Below are positions 50,018 to 60,855 of a DNA stretch of 64,000 nucleotides, piece after piece (within the stretch, counting starts at the first letter, position 1; each line of letters starts with the position of its first letter). The stretch lies in NCBI GenBank assembly GCA_023705985.1, contig BPTO01000001.1, positions 13,443-77,442 of the forward strand, written 5' to 3'. The position numbers and the translations under genes are program-made. The notes beneath the pieces were generated by a model, which was not told the DNA's origin, ran no database searches, and saw nothing but the letters and a program-made list of their open reading frames with translations. Origin of the DNA: Candidatus Heimdallarchaeota archaeon. GTDB taxonomy: Archaea > Asgardarchaeota > Heimdallarchaeia > Heimdallarchaeales > Heimdallarchaeaceae.

Positions 50018-50740
50018 TTAAAGATAAGAGGGTAGTACCCAATTTCTCATGGTTTGTTGATGCTGAAAAAGCAATTGTTCCAATTTTGTGAAATGATGTT
50101 TCCTACACTTCTTTATAGCCATGTATTGAACTGCAGGCGCAAGAGGGTCACCATTTCTAAATTCTCCCACTTGAATAAAGGCTTTCATGAAGATTCTCAT
50201 CTCCAAAACTTCGATTTTGTGAAGTTGATCTTTATATTTTCTGAGTAAGGGATAAATTTCGTCAAAACGTTGTAGATCAAGTAATTCTTGAGCTAAAAGC
50301 AGATCTGCATAAGTATCCTCAATAAAAGTGGTTTTGTCAGTTCTTATTCTATTCTTTAAAATGTCAATACAATTCAAATGTTTTTGCTCATCACTAATTT
50401 CTTCATCAGTTATTGATTTTTCTATCGTGAACTCGATTATGTGTTTTACTCTGTTAAAACTGAAATAGTTTATATTTGATAGTTCTTTCAAAGTATGATT
50501 ATCTAAATTAGCATTTAGGATAAATTCTGTTAGTAGTAAGAAATTACTATAATGTTTTGTACAACCTTTGACTATTTCATCAATTAAATCTTGGGCTGTC
50601 TCTAAGTCAAAGTCTATTTTGCGTGAATATACGTTGAATTTGATTAAATTGAGCGTATGTAAAATCTGACTTTCAGTGTTTTTATCAAGGTTTTTAATAT
50701 AAAATTCTTTTTGGAGTAATTTGTCTACTTCATTAATCAT
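50018..50740 (-). CDS. hypothetical helical protein
   Basis: ORF whose start overlaps the upstream gene's stop (ATGA), implying an operon. Confidence 0.45.
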   Translation of the reverse strand: MINEVDKLLQKEFYIKNLDKNTESQILHTLNLIKFNVYSRKIDFDLETAQDLIDEIVKGCTKHYSNFLLLTEFILNANLDNHTLKELSNINYFSFNRVKHIIEFTIEKSITDEEISDEQKHLNCIDILKNRIRTDKTTFIEDTYADLLLAQELLDLQRFDEIYPLLRKYKDQLHKIEVLEMRIFMKAFIQVGEFRNGDPLAPAVQYMAIKKCRKHHFTKLEQLLFQHQQTMRNWVLPSYL

Positions 50741-51609
50741 TTCAAAGGTTTGGTGATTTTACCTTGTAAAGCTTTAACTGCGGAAAAATAGGGAAGCATG
50801 GTTATAAAATTACTGAAATAAATGCTTTTTTCGCTAACTGTCTTTAGAATAGCATATGCATCTGCAAAGGATGATTCAGCCAAAGATAGGTTCGAATTTA
50901 GTAAATGAGCAAAACCAACGAAATAGTAAACTATTCCTTTGACATCATCTGGCATTTTATTGAATAAAGATCTATTAGAGAGTATTTTTATGCTAATTTC
51001 CAGAGCATTTTTACTATCTTGTGTTTTCATATAAATAATACTCAACATTCCGAGCGTTTGGGCTAAACTTCTGTAAAATTTATTGTGATAAAAGTAATTT
51101 AAACAATCCTCAAACATTTGAATGCTTTTAAAATCATGCTCTTCTAGCCATTTTTCTATTGAAAAGGTATATTTACAAACATGATAAATAAAAGCATCGT
51201 CCTTTTGTGATTTTTCTAGTATAGCTATTGATTTTTCAATATATTTTTTTGACTTTGCTTTATTTCCTTTAAATTTCTCAATATACCACATATGGGAATA
51301 ATATAATGCCAATCCATAATTATAGTCAATTTCTTTTGATAAAGAATGGATTTTAGATGCTAAATTAGCAACTTGTTCATTTTTAGATTTAAGGTGATGT
51401 ATTTGTACTATCTTTAAACTATATAAGTTAATTATAACCTTTTTATTATTAAATTCTATACTTTTCTCTATAGCCTTGTTAATTAAACTGGAAACCTGAT
51501 CGTTTGTTTTTTCGTTATAAACTATGAGTCGAAGCTTTTCCATTACAGTACATAGATCTTCTGTTGTTCGTATTTGGTCAACGCTTTTTGCTACTTCATT
51601 TATATGCAT
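50737..51609 (-). CDS. hypothetical helical (TPR-like) protein
   Basis: 290-aa ORF downstream of the peptide mini-genes. Confidence 0.45.
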   Translation of the reverse strand: MHINEVAKSVDQIRTTEDLCTVMEKLRLIVYNEKTNDQVSSLINKAIEKSIEFNNKKVIINLYSLKIVQIHHLKSKNEQVANLASKIHSLSKEIDYNYGLALYYSHMWYIEKFKGNKAKSKKYIEKSIAILEKSQKDDAFIYHVCKYTFSIEKWLEEHDFKSIQMFEDCLNYFYHNKFYRSLAQTLGMLSIIYMKTQDSKNALEISIKILSNRSLFNKMPDDVKGIVYYFVGFAHLLNSNLSLAESSFADAYAILKTVSEKSIYFSNFITMLPYFSAVKALQGKITKPLK

Positions 51610-51688
51610 TTTTTGTTCATATTACTATTCGACAATTGATTTATAAAGAGGGATAATACCAATATAAAAAAATAAAGTATAGTGGTCA

Positions 51689-51745
51689 ATTAAGGCCACC
51701 AAATTGGAGGGGTAATCGCATCATCACCATCTTCAGGGTCAAACA
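51689..51745 (-). CDS. 18-aa acidic peptide mini-gene, copy 1 (MFDPEDGDDAITPPIWWP)
   Basis: Manual translation. A near-identical tandem copy lies at 51907..51963 with conserved upstream flank. Confidence 0.35.
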
Positions 51746-51906
51746 TTGTAATCACTTTTAATTGTGTTAATCTAAATATGGGATGAAGATTAAAGAACAG
51801 CACAGAAACTAAGTGACATGTTAATGTTATCTATATATCAAACACTATTTTTTCTAAAGAATTCAAAAAGAAAAAAGAAAAAAGAATAAAAATGCGTCCT
51901 CAAGGG

Positions 51907-51963
51907 CTAAGGTTGCCAAACAGGAGGTAAAATCGCATCATCGCCATCTTCAGGGTCAAACAT
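51907..51963 (-). CDS. 18-aa acidic peptide mini-gene, copy 2 (MFDPEDGDDAILPPVWQP)
   Basis: Manual translation. Length is preserved, with 3 synonymous and 3 non-synonymous differences from copy 1. Confidence 0.35.
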   Translation of the reverse strand: MFDPEDGDDAILPPVWQP

Positions 51964-52183
51964 CATAAATCACTTTTTTAGGTTGTTATCCTAAATATGA
52001 GCTAAAGGTTAAAGAATACACAAGAAAAAAACTGACATGATAAAGAAAAAGAAATAATTTTTAATTATCTATTGTTTTTCTTTCGATTTTCCTTAAAAGA
52101 TTTTCCTTAAAAGATTTGATCTTACTTTACTTTACTCTTATCACAAAGATAAGTTAAAATTATTCATTTAATTTGATTATTTT

Positions 52184-53647
52184 TTATCTAGATTTCCAAT
52201 CAAATTCCTTAAATCCCTTTGAACGTTCTTTCATACGCTTTGCAGCTTTATCTTTAACTCTATAGATATTATCATAGAAAGTATTCACTTGTTCAGCTTT
52301 TTCCCTAAATAGTCGCGCTTCTTCCGTTCGTTTCTTAAAATCAAACATGTACCTTAGATATTGGAAAAAGGTCATCTTTTTATCACGTAAGTATTTTCTT
52401 AATAAGTAATAAATTGACAAGATTTCAAATATTGTTAGTAAAACGTATAAAACAATTAATACCCATTCTTTATCAGGTTTTAAAAAAGAGAAGAAAAAAG
52501 CAATTGGGAGATAAGTAGCAGATACAAACATAACTGGAACACCTAGAAAGAGGTAGAGAATTTCGTTAAAAACATTAGCAAACTCAGATCCTTTATCAGC
52601 TAGAAAATTCAGAAAATAACGTAAGGATACAAGAATAATGAGAACGATTGTTACAATACCAGCTAATATCTTGATTAAAGGATTACCATATATAAAAGCG
52701 TAAATGATAAAAAAGACAAAAGTTCCTGCAATTGTTAATCGTTGAATTAATTTCTCTCTTCTGAAAATCTTTCTTTTTTCTTTAGAAATAGTTTCTCTGC
52801 AATTTATACAGGTATTAAGTAGAGCTAAAGTCAGTTCTCCACAAAGAGGACACGTAATATACTCCATTTTTTCTTCTATAGGAGTATCCACTGAAACTTC
52901 TTCCTTCTTATCATCTTGAAGTTCTGAAATTCGTGTAATTGTTTCTTTTAACTGCGTTTTCTGCTGTAATTTTGATATCATAGCTTTTTTTTGCGGATGG
53001 TTTTTTCTTGTGTAAGGTTTGATATCTTTTTCTAGAATGAAAGTATTTATTCTTCTGAAATCGATGATAAGCTTTAAGCCCACAATTAACAGAAGCAATG
53101 ACTCTATTGTACCATTAAACGTAAAAAGAAAAATCTGAAAAACTTCATCATCAGCATAACTAGCTACTCCTCCCAGAAAGGCTATTATGACAGAATAAAA
53201 ACCAAATATTGGATAGAAAGGACTTCCAACTCTAAGATCAAATATTCGCTTAATTTTCTCAAGTGTTTTGTTCATCTTCCAAAAACCCATAATTCTACCA
53301 AAAATGATAGTTAATCCTACAAAACCAGATACACCAGGCCAACCAAAGACTGCCATATTTAACAATACTGAACCGGAATAGATATAAAACCAAATAGCTG
53401 TTTGCTTACCTGTTTTTGTAATATGATCGATGAAATAGATTTCAGTGATATTTTTAATTCCTATAGCAATGAAAATAAGAGAGATAGCAACAAGTAAGAA
53501 TAAGATATATCCTGTGTACTCCCAGTAAAAAAACCAACTTTGAAAAAATTGATTATAAACATTCAAAAAGCCTGATACAATGATTAAAGCTGAACCGAGA
53601 ATTATAAAAACAATCTCTCGCTGAATAGGATAATTGTGATCGTTCAT
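52184..53647 (-). CDS. polytopic membrane protein with central cytoplasmic zinc ribbon
   Basis: More than 10 predicted TM helices, with CPLCGEL...CINCRE between two TM blocks. Confidence 0.5.
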   Translation of the reverse strand: MNDHNYPIQREIVFIILGSALIIVSGFLNVYNQFFQSWFFYWEYTGYILFLLVAISLIFIAIGIKNITEIYFIDHITKTGKQTAIWFYIYSGSVLLNMAVFGWPGVSGFVGLTIIFGRIMGFWKMNKTLEKIKRIFDLRVGSPFYPIFGFYSVIIAFLGGVASYADDEVFQIFLFTFNGTIESLLLLIVGLKLIIDFRRINTFILEKDIKPYTRKNHPQKKAMISKLQQKTQLKETITRISELQDDKKEEVSVDTPIEEKMEYITCPLCGELTLALLNTCINCRETISKEKRKIFRREKLIQRLTIAGTFVFFIIYAFIYGNPLIKILAGIVTIVLIILVSLRYFLNFLADKGSEFANVFNEILYLFLGVPVMFVSATYLPIAFFFSFLKPDKEWVLIVLYVLLTIFEILSIYYLLRKYLRDKKMTFFQYLRYMFDFKKRTEEARLFREKAEQVNTFYDNIYRVKDKAAKRMKERSKGFKEFDWKSR

Positions 53648-54046
53648 TGGTCACATTCAACTTCAGTAGATTTTTCACCCTTAAACGCTTATAAATGTGA
53701 TGTTCCCATTTTTAACATATTTTAGAGTATAAAAAAACTTAGTAAACTTTCAAACGTTTAACAATTGAAATTAATGAGTGCGGAAGTAAAACAAGAAATT
53801 AAACACAAGACTGGTTTTGAATTATAACTAAAGATTAAAGAACAGCGCAAAAAAAGTGAAGGAAAATCTTACCACGTAAATATATGTTTGTGTGGCAAGA
53901 TATTTTGCTTCTTCTGTGCGCGTTCAAGAAAAAAGTCAAATTCTTCATCCTTGAGGGTTGTAAAGTAAAATTACCTGATTGAAATTATTTTTCAAAAGCA
54001 ATCTGTTCCAAGAAGTATTAGTTTTTATTGATAAACGTCGTGATAA

Positions 54047-54141
54047 GGTATACAGGAACCCCGAGAAGACCTATCTTTCAATAAGAAAGAAAAAGGATTG
54101 GGAAGCCCCTTGGGGACTTCCAAACGTAGGAGGTGATCCAT
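54047..54141 (+). repeat. copy A of 16S-trailer-derived repeat (includes pseudo 16S 3' terminal 14 nt GGAGGTGATCCATC)
   Basis: About 90% identical to 58883..58994. Confidence 0.8.
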
Positions 54142-54292
54142 CTCCAATGCTATCATTCTGAGTTTTTTGTGTTTTTAATACTCAGCTCAATATTTCATTC
54201 TGTAAATAATGGAATAAATGAGAAAAGATTTTATATTCAAATTAAAAATATAATAGGCTAAACATATTATTATAACAATGGTGTTTTGAGCT

Positions 54293-54628
54293 ATGTCAGA
54301 ATTGAAAAAAAAGTATAGGGGATTACCTCTTTCTCCGATTGTACGAATAATGAAGGATGAAATTACGAAACTAACAAACGAGAAACTGAATGTCAATAAA
54401 GAAGCCAAGCATTTTATGTTGGAATTAGTTGAAGAATTCATTCGTCAAACGATTAGAGAGGTTTTATCAGAGGATTTCCGAAGATCAAGAAAGACAATAA
54501 GTGCTGATGAACTTCATCGTGCTTTGCGTTTACCTCCCGATGTTAGCAATTTAAGAACTGATATTCTTAAGAATTGTTGGAGAAAAATGGAGGACAAGTT
54601 TAGTAAAAATAAGGTTTTAAATGACTAA
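54293..54628 (+). CDS. histone-fold protein with ~40-aa C-terminal tail
   Basis: LPLSPIVRIMKDE...AKHFMLELVEEFIRQTIREV...RKTISADELHRALRL fits the archaeal histone / NF-Y fold. Confidence 0.65.
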   Translation: MSELKKKYRGLPLSPIVRIMKDEITKLTNEKLNVNKEAKHFMLELVEEFIRQTIREVLSEDFRRSRKTISADELHRALRLPPDVSNLRTDILKNCWRKMEDKFSKNKVLND

Positions 54629-55152
54629 TATTCAATTTGGCATATCTTTTTATCACTAGTTGCATTTTTATCCAATGCATTTACCTCTATTGTACCTACG
54701 GTCCCAGAATAATCGCTTTTTCGCGTAATTGTAACATGAACAGTTGTTTCCCGCCCTTGAACTTCAATATAGATAGTAGAGTTGCCTTTTGCTTGATTTA
54801 TTCGCGCTTGTGATTGAGATTTTTTTGCAAGAGTAACTTTTATTTGATTTGGATAGCTTATATTAATAAACGGACTTCGGAATTCCTTCCTCTCTGTTAT
54901 TTGAATTTCCATATCCATTCTTTTTTTTCTTTTAAGGTTTATTTTCGTTTTATTGATGAATAATTCAATAGGATTCTCATAATACATAATCTTTATTTGT
55001 AAATTTTCTATTGCGTTCTTTTTATTTATAATCTCAGAAAGTGACCATCCAATACATGCGATTAGAATGTAAATTCCAATACTTCCATAAATTGATTTAT
55101 TCGTTAGAAACTCTGATAAAAAATCTAGATTCGTAACATCTAGTATCGTCAA
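54625..55152 (-). CDS. hypothetical membrane-anchored protein
   Basis: One N-terminal TM helix. Last gene of a three-gene same-strand cassette. Confidence 0.4.
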   Translation of the reverse strand: MTILDVTNLDFLSEFLTNKSIYGSIGIYILIACIGWSLSEIINKKNAIENLQIKIMYYENPIELFINKTKINLKRKKRMDMEIQITERKEFRSPFINISYPNQIKVTLAKKSQSQARINQAKGNSTIYIEVQGRETTVHVTITRKSDYSGTVGTIEVNALDKNATSDKKICQIEY

Positions 55153-55204
55153 GATAATGAAACATGCAATACTAAAAAATTTCAGTATTTTACTCCAGTT
55201 TAGT

Positions 55205-55534
55205 TTAATTGTTAACCCTCCTCTTATCAGGAAATGTCTGTTTTATTGCCTTTAATCCATTTTCTGTTAAAGTTCTAGGACCAATTATCAAACCAGAGCG
55301 GTATATTGTAAGTGGAAATATTCCCATTGATTTAATATCAAAAAAACCAGATATAGAAATAAGTCTATGACCCTTCTTCATTAATTTCCATTCCACTTTT
55401 AAATCAACATCAAAACTACCTTCCAATTCAATTTTTTGGTGAAATATGTTTGATTCTAATGTTATACTATGTATTAAATTAGCTTTTTCAATTAATTTCT
55501 CCAAATCAAGTCCTTCTTTTATTTCGATTTGCAT
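55205..55534 (-). CDS. hypothetical protein
   Basis: ORF in the same frame as the upstream ORF, separated from it by a TGA plus 3 codons. Confidence 0.4.
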   Translation of the reverse strand: MQIEIKEGLDLEKLIEKANLIHSITLESNIFHQKIELEGSFDVDLKVEWKLMKKGHRLISISGFFDIKSMGIFPLTIYRSGLIIGPRTLTENGLKAIKQTFPDKRRVNN

Positions 55535-55543
55535 CGCTTCTAC

Positions 55544-56281
55544 TCAACTCTTTTCATACTTTTTACAAAACTTCAATATATCTAGTACAACTTCTCGTGT
55601 CAGTTCTTCATATCCCTCTGTACCATTTTCTGTACTAAACTTAATGAACTGAATCTTTCCTTTTTGATCAAGTAAAAGTGGGATATAGCTTAACGTCTCA
55701 GGTAGTCGATAAAAACCTCCAATTGTTTTAGAACTTTGTTCTTGTTTTACTATTCGCTTGAAATCCTCTAAATCTGTCAATTTTAGATATATACCACTAA
55801 ACTTTGCATAACCTCCTTCTGAATGAAATGCAATCTTATCTATACTATCTATCCTTTTCTCTGATAAGAAACTAAAAGCCTTATTATTTATTTCGAGCGG
55901 CTTAAAAGTGATTTGGCGCCTGAATATTGAGCTCATCTCATTGAAAACAGTTTCCGCTGTTTCAATTCCACCCCTTACTTCTATAAATTCGTTCCTTATA
56001 TCCCAAAAACTTAAAATAAAGTCCCAATCGTCCATTTTTTTACTTTCAAAACTATCTTTGGATTTTACATAGCTAGTAATTGGCACAAATCGTCTTTTAG
56101 CAATTTTAAATTTTATTCTAGGGCTTTCTGAATTTGTTATTTCAAATTCCCTAAACATGAAAGAACTAGAAGGATCAGCTAATTTTGGTTTTGTTGTTCT
56201 AATTGTTTTTAAAATTTCTTCTTCGGTGTATTTAACTTGTGTATCCTTTGGATTTGTCCAAATGTAAAATCTGTGACCCAT
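55544..56281 (-). CDS. hypothetical protein
   Basis: 245-aa ORF, first gene of the cassette. Confidence 0.45.
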   Translation of the reverse strand: MGHRFYIWTNPKDTQVKYTEEEILKTIRTTKPKLADPSSSFMFREFEITNSESPRIKFKIAKRRFVPITSYVKSKDSFESKKMDDWDFILSFWDIRNEFIEVRGGIETAETVFNEMSSIFRRQITFKPLEINNKAFSFLSEKRIDSIDKIAFHSEGGYAKFSGIYLKLTDLEDFKRIVKQEQSSKTIGGFYRLPETLSYIPLLLDQKGKIQFIKFSTENGTEGYEELTREVVLDILKFCKKYEKS

Positions 56282-56753
56282 AATATCATCCCTTTTACTT
56301 TAATAAGTATTTATTAATGTCTAATAATTTTCGTTTAAGTTAACATATTTTTCTGTATTTATTAATTTTACTTGTTTGGTTTGCATCTTATTTTTGGAAA
56401 TAGCATCATTGAGACAAGAGAGAAATTCGTTTTTAAATTTGTTTCAATTTGTTTTCTGTTGATTTATGAATTGTAATTTGTATATAGGTAAATTCCCTAA
56501 AATTTGATTAGATACTCCATTCGACCCTCTATTTGCTATTGGGGTAAAATAAGTTCTGTTCTTTTAAAACTTTACAATAATAGAAACAGACAACTACATA
56601 CAATTAAGAATTAGATGGATATTTCAATATTTTCTACTTTATATTCGAATCGTTTGACTGTTTTATAGTGGGTTGCTGTAATTAATGAACAATACCAAAA
56701 GCACAAATAATCTTTAAAAAATGTAAAAAATAAGATAAATAATAAAAACTCCA

Positions 56754-56800
56754 GAAGAATACAAGAACCCCGAGAAAACCTATCTTTCAATAAGAAAGAT
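56754..56800 (+). repeat. copy B (partial) of 16S-trailer-derived repeat
   Basis: GAATACAAGAACCCCGAGAAAACCTATCTTTCAATAAGAAAG matches the core of copies A, C and D. Confidence 0.7.
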
Positions 56801-56846
56801 GGTTGCGATAAGATAAATAATTGTTTTATTTTTCGCTATCATCGTC

Positions 56847-57599
56847 TTAATCGTCGTCTAGCTCCTCCATCGATTTTCTTATAGCCCCCATTGCCCTTCT
56901 TAAATCTTGGATTCCTTTTTGAATGCTTTTACGTTTCCTATTTTCTTTAATACCCAGATAAAAATTCTGAGAAAATTGCAAGAAAAAGTCGAACGTTTCT
57001 ATAAATTTAGTTTTTTCTAGATTAAAAGAATCAGGTGTATTTAATATAATTCTAGAAGGAATATTGTAATCAACATAAAACCCTTCTTGTTTTCTTTTTT
57101 CCATTACAGCTGAATCATTGTTTATTTTGTTAATTACATCTTCTAAATCTATGATTGCTTTTGCTAGTTCTGATGTTTTACTTTCTTCTGTAACTATTTC
57201 GTTCAGCTTTTTAGTATATGCCTTATAGCTCAAAATACCTTTGGTAAGTTGGGATCCAAGTTCTTTTATTCTTGTTCTGTATTTTGTGGTTTCTAGATAC
57301 TCAGATTGAATAAATGAAGCTAAAATAGACCAGCCAAATATCTGCTTAAAAGTATGATTTGTTGTAGATAAAACAATTTCTTCATCCTCCTCTTTAAAAC
57401 CACCAATATAAAGCGTTAAAACAACCCAACATTTAGATAATTCCTCAAAACCAAGAACCGCTAATGAATAAGCATGGCCAAAGGAGCGATTATCTCTAAG
57501 TAACTTGCTATCATTAAGGAATTGTTTCGCATTGTTCAAGGTTAGTTCTGCAAGTTTAAGAAAAAACGCATATTTGTTGGGCATATTCTGATTCTCCAT
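56847..57599 (-). CDS. HEPN-like protein (Rx6H motif RDNRSFGH)
   Basis: All-helical, with an R-x4-6-H motif near the N-terminal third. A local similarity block is shared with 57934..58815. Confidence 0.4.
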   Translation of the reverse strand: MENQNMPNKYAFFLKLAELTLNNAKQFLNDSKLLRDNRSFGHAYSLAVLGFEELSKCWVVLTLYIGGFKEEDEEIVLSTTNHTFKQIFGWSILASFIQSEYLETTKYRTRIKELGSQLTKGILSYKAYTKKLNEIVTEESKTSELAKAIIDLEDVINKINNDSAVMEKRKQEGFYVDYNIPSRIILNTPDSFNLEKTKFIETFDFFLQFSQNFYLGIKENRKRKSIQKGIQDLRRAMGAIRKSMEELDDD

Positions 57600-57933
57600 T
57601 GAAATAAATTGTATTTCTTAATATATAAAGAAGAATGAGACCATTAGTAGTCTTCACAATAAGCTAATAATCGTTGATGACAGAAGGATGTACATAGGAT
57701 CAGTAAATACGCTAAGAAGCTCTGTGACTACAAATCTCGAAGCGAGGATAATTACAGATGATTTGAAATTAGTAGAAAACGCAATTGAATATTTATAGAA
57801 CATACAATATTACTAACGAAAGAATAGAATGGCGTTAGAAAAACTAGCGATTCAACGTACAACGAAGCAATAACTATTTTTCTAATTGTAGTATATTACC
57901 AAGAAATATATTGGGATAATTCATAATATACTT

Positions 57934-58815
57934 ATGGAAAATGTTATAGTTGATCCAAAAAAACAAGATTTTGTAAATGCTTTTGGACTTCTTGAAACCG
58001 CAGAACAAGATATTAAAGCTTCTAAACATCTATACAAAAGAAAATTATATGCTCATTCAATTTTCTACTTACAGCAATCAGAAGAGAAGTTAGGAAAATC
58101 TCTGTTATTGCTTATAGGTGAGTGTCAATATAAGGATTTAGCAAATGAAGTCCGGCATGATGTTGCGGATTTTTACTTAGAAAAATTGATTAATTATTAT
58201 GTGGATAAGAAAGATAGTGTTCAGATAAAAAGTAAAGAAGATTTTCAGATTAATAAAAAAATTGAAGAATACAAAAAGAAGAAAAAGAACCTGATAAAAC
58301 AAGGTCAAACCATTTTTTTTGAATACGCTGACTTTGAAAGTGCTTTAAAACAATTTGACAGAACTCTCTTTCACTTAAAAAAAAGAATAAAGGAATGGAG
58401 AGGACAATATTATCGTCTAACCAAAAATAATATTGTTGTACTTACTAAAGCTGGTGATGAATTAATAGATGAAATTGAGAAATCAAAACTTGTTGAAGCG
58501 ATGGATAATAAAGAACAACTGTTTGAAACTAACATTGATAAGCAGATTGCTGTTCTAAATGTTCTCGAGTTGTTTGAAAATTCTTTCTATATTTACTTTT
58601 TAATTGGTTATGTAGTTATTTTAGGTATGAACTTAGATTTCCATGTAGTTAGTTCACGCTACAGATTTCCAGATTATACTTTCGATACTGTATATACAGA
58701 AGAAGCATCTGTTGTAAAATTATATTCTCTAATCTCTAAAACTATTCACAAAATTATAAGAACATATAATTGGGTTTTATCGCAACATATGGAAGATAAT
58801 GCGGAAGAAGAATAA
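57934..58815 (+). CDS. HEPN-like protein (Rx4H motif RKLYAH), divergent partner of 56847..57599
   Basis: Block A.Q.I.ASKHL...YAHSIFYLQQSEEKLGK parallels A.QFL.DSKLL...GHAYSLAVLGFEELSK in the partner. Confidence 0.4.
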   Translation: MENVIVDPKKQDFVNAFGLLETAEQDIKASKHLYKRKLYAHSIFYLQQSEEKLGKSLLLLIGECQYKDLANEVRHDVADFYLEKLINYYVDKKDSVQIKSKEDFQINKKIEEYKKKKKNLIKQGQTIFFEYADFESALKQFDRTLFHLKKRIKEWRGQYYRLTKNNIVVLTKAGDELIDEIEKSKLVEAMDNKEQLFETNIDKQIAVLNVLELFENSFYIYFLIGYVVILGMNLDFHVVSSRYRFPDYTFDTVYTEEASVVKLYSLISKTIHKIIRTYNWVLSQHMEDNAEEE

Positions 58816-58882
58816 TTTGACAATGTAAATAGAATAAAATATGAAACACAGTGAAAAAGAATTTTGAAGAACTATTCCAAAT

Positions 58883-58980
58883 AAAAAAAACCACCTAAGG
58901 AATACAGGAACCCCGAGAAAAACTATCTTTCAATAAGAAAGAAAAAGGATTGGGAAGCCCCTTGGGGACTTCCAAACGTA
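58883..58980 (-). terminator. 16S rRNA 3' trailer: hairpin GGAAGTCCCC-AA-GGGGCTTCC followed by a T8 tract; copy C of the repeat family
   Basis: Lies immediately 3' of the 16S end on the minus strand. The poly-T run (A8 on the plus strand at 58883..58890) is the usual archaeal termination signal. Confidence 0.5.
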
Positions 58981-60456
<1,476 letters not shown>

Positions 60457-60549
60457 CTTCTTTTTTCGATTTTTTGGTACGATCTTTGAACTTTTCACTA
60501 TTATTAATGAATTCGAATTGACTTTTTTTACGCACACTTACATACGTTT

Positions 60550-60566
60550 TGTGCTTTTATAGTACA
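60550..60566 (-). promoter_or_regulatory. candidate BRE/TATA element for 16S (minus-strand CTATAAAAG)
   Basis: AT-rich TATA-like box about 100 nt upstream of the 16S 5' end. No other support. Confidence 0.25.
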
Positions 60567-60855
60567 GAACCTTATTTCTGTCCTTTTCAATTCTTATTTG
60601 AAAAATAAAGTTCATCTCGGAGTTCTTGTTTTCCAAAGGAGGTGAAACAATCATATTGGACTGTATTTGTTCATGTTTTCCGATTCTTTTTTAAGGTATC
60701 GTTTAATGGTTTTTTTGTCGACGCCTTTTTATCGGTATACTTACAATGTATTTCTACTATTTTATTCTTTTTGCTCTGTGAGAAGAATTTCAAGGTCGTC
60801 AATCTTCAGTAACTATCAGTTTGTTTTATGGAACGGGTTCTTTTCATCCTCTGCT

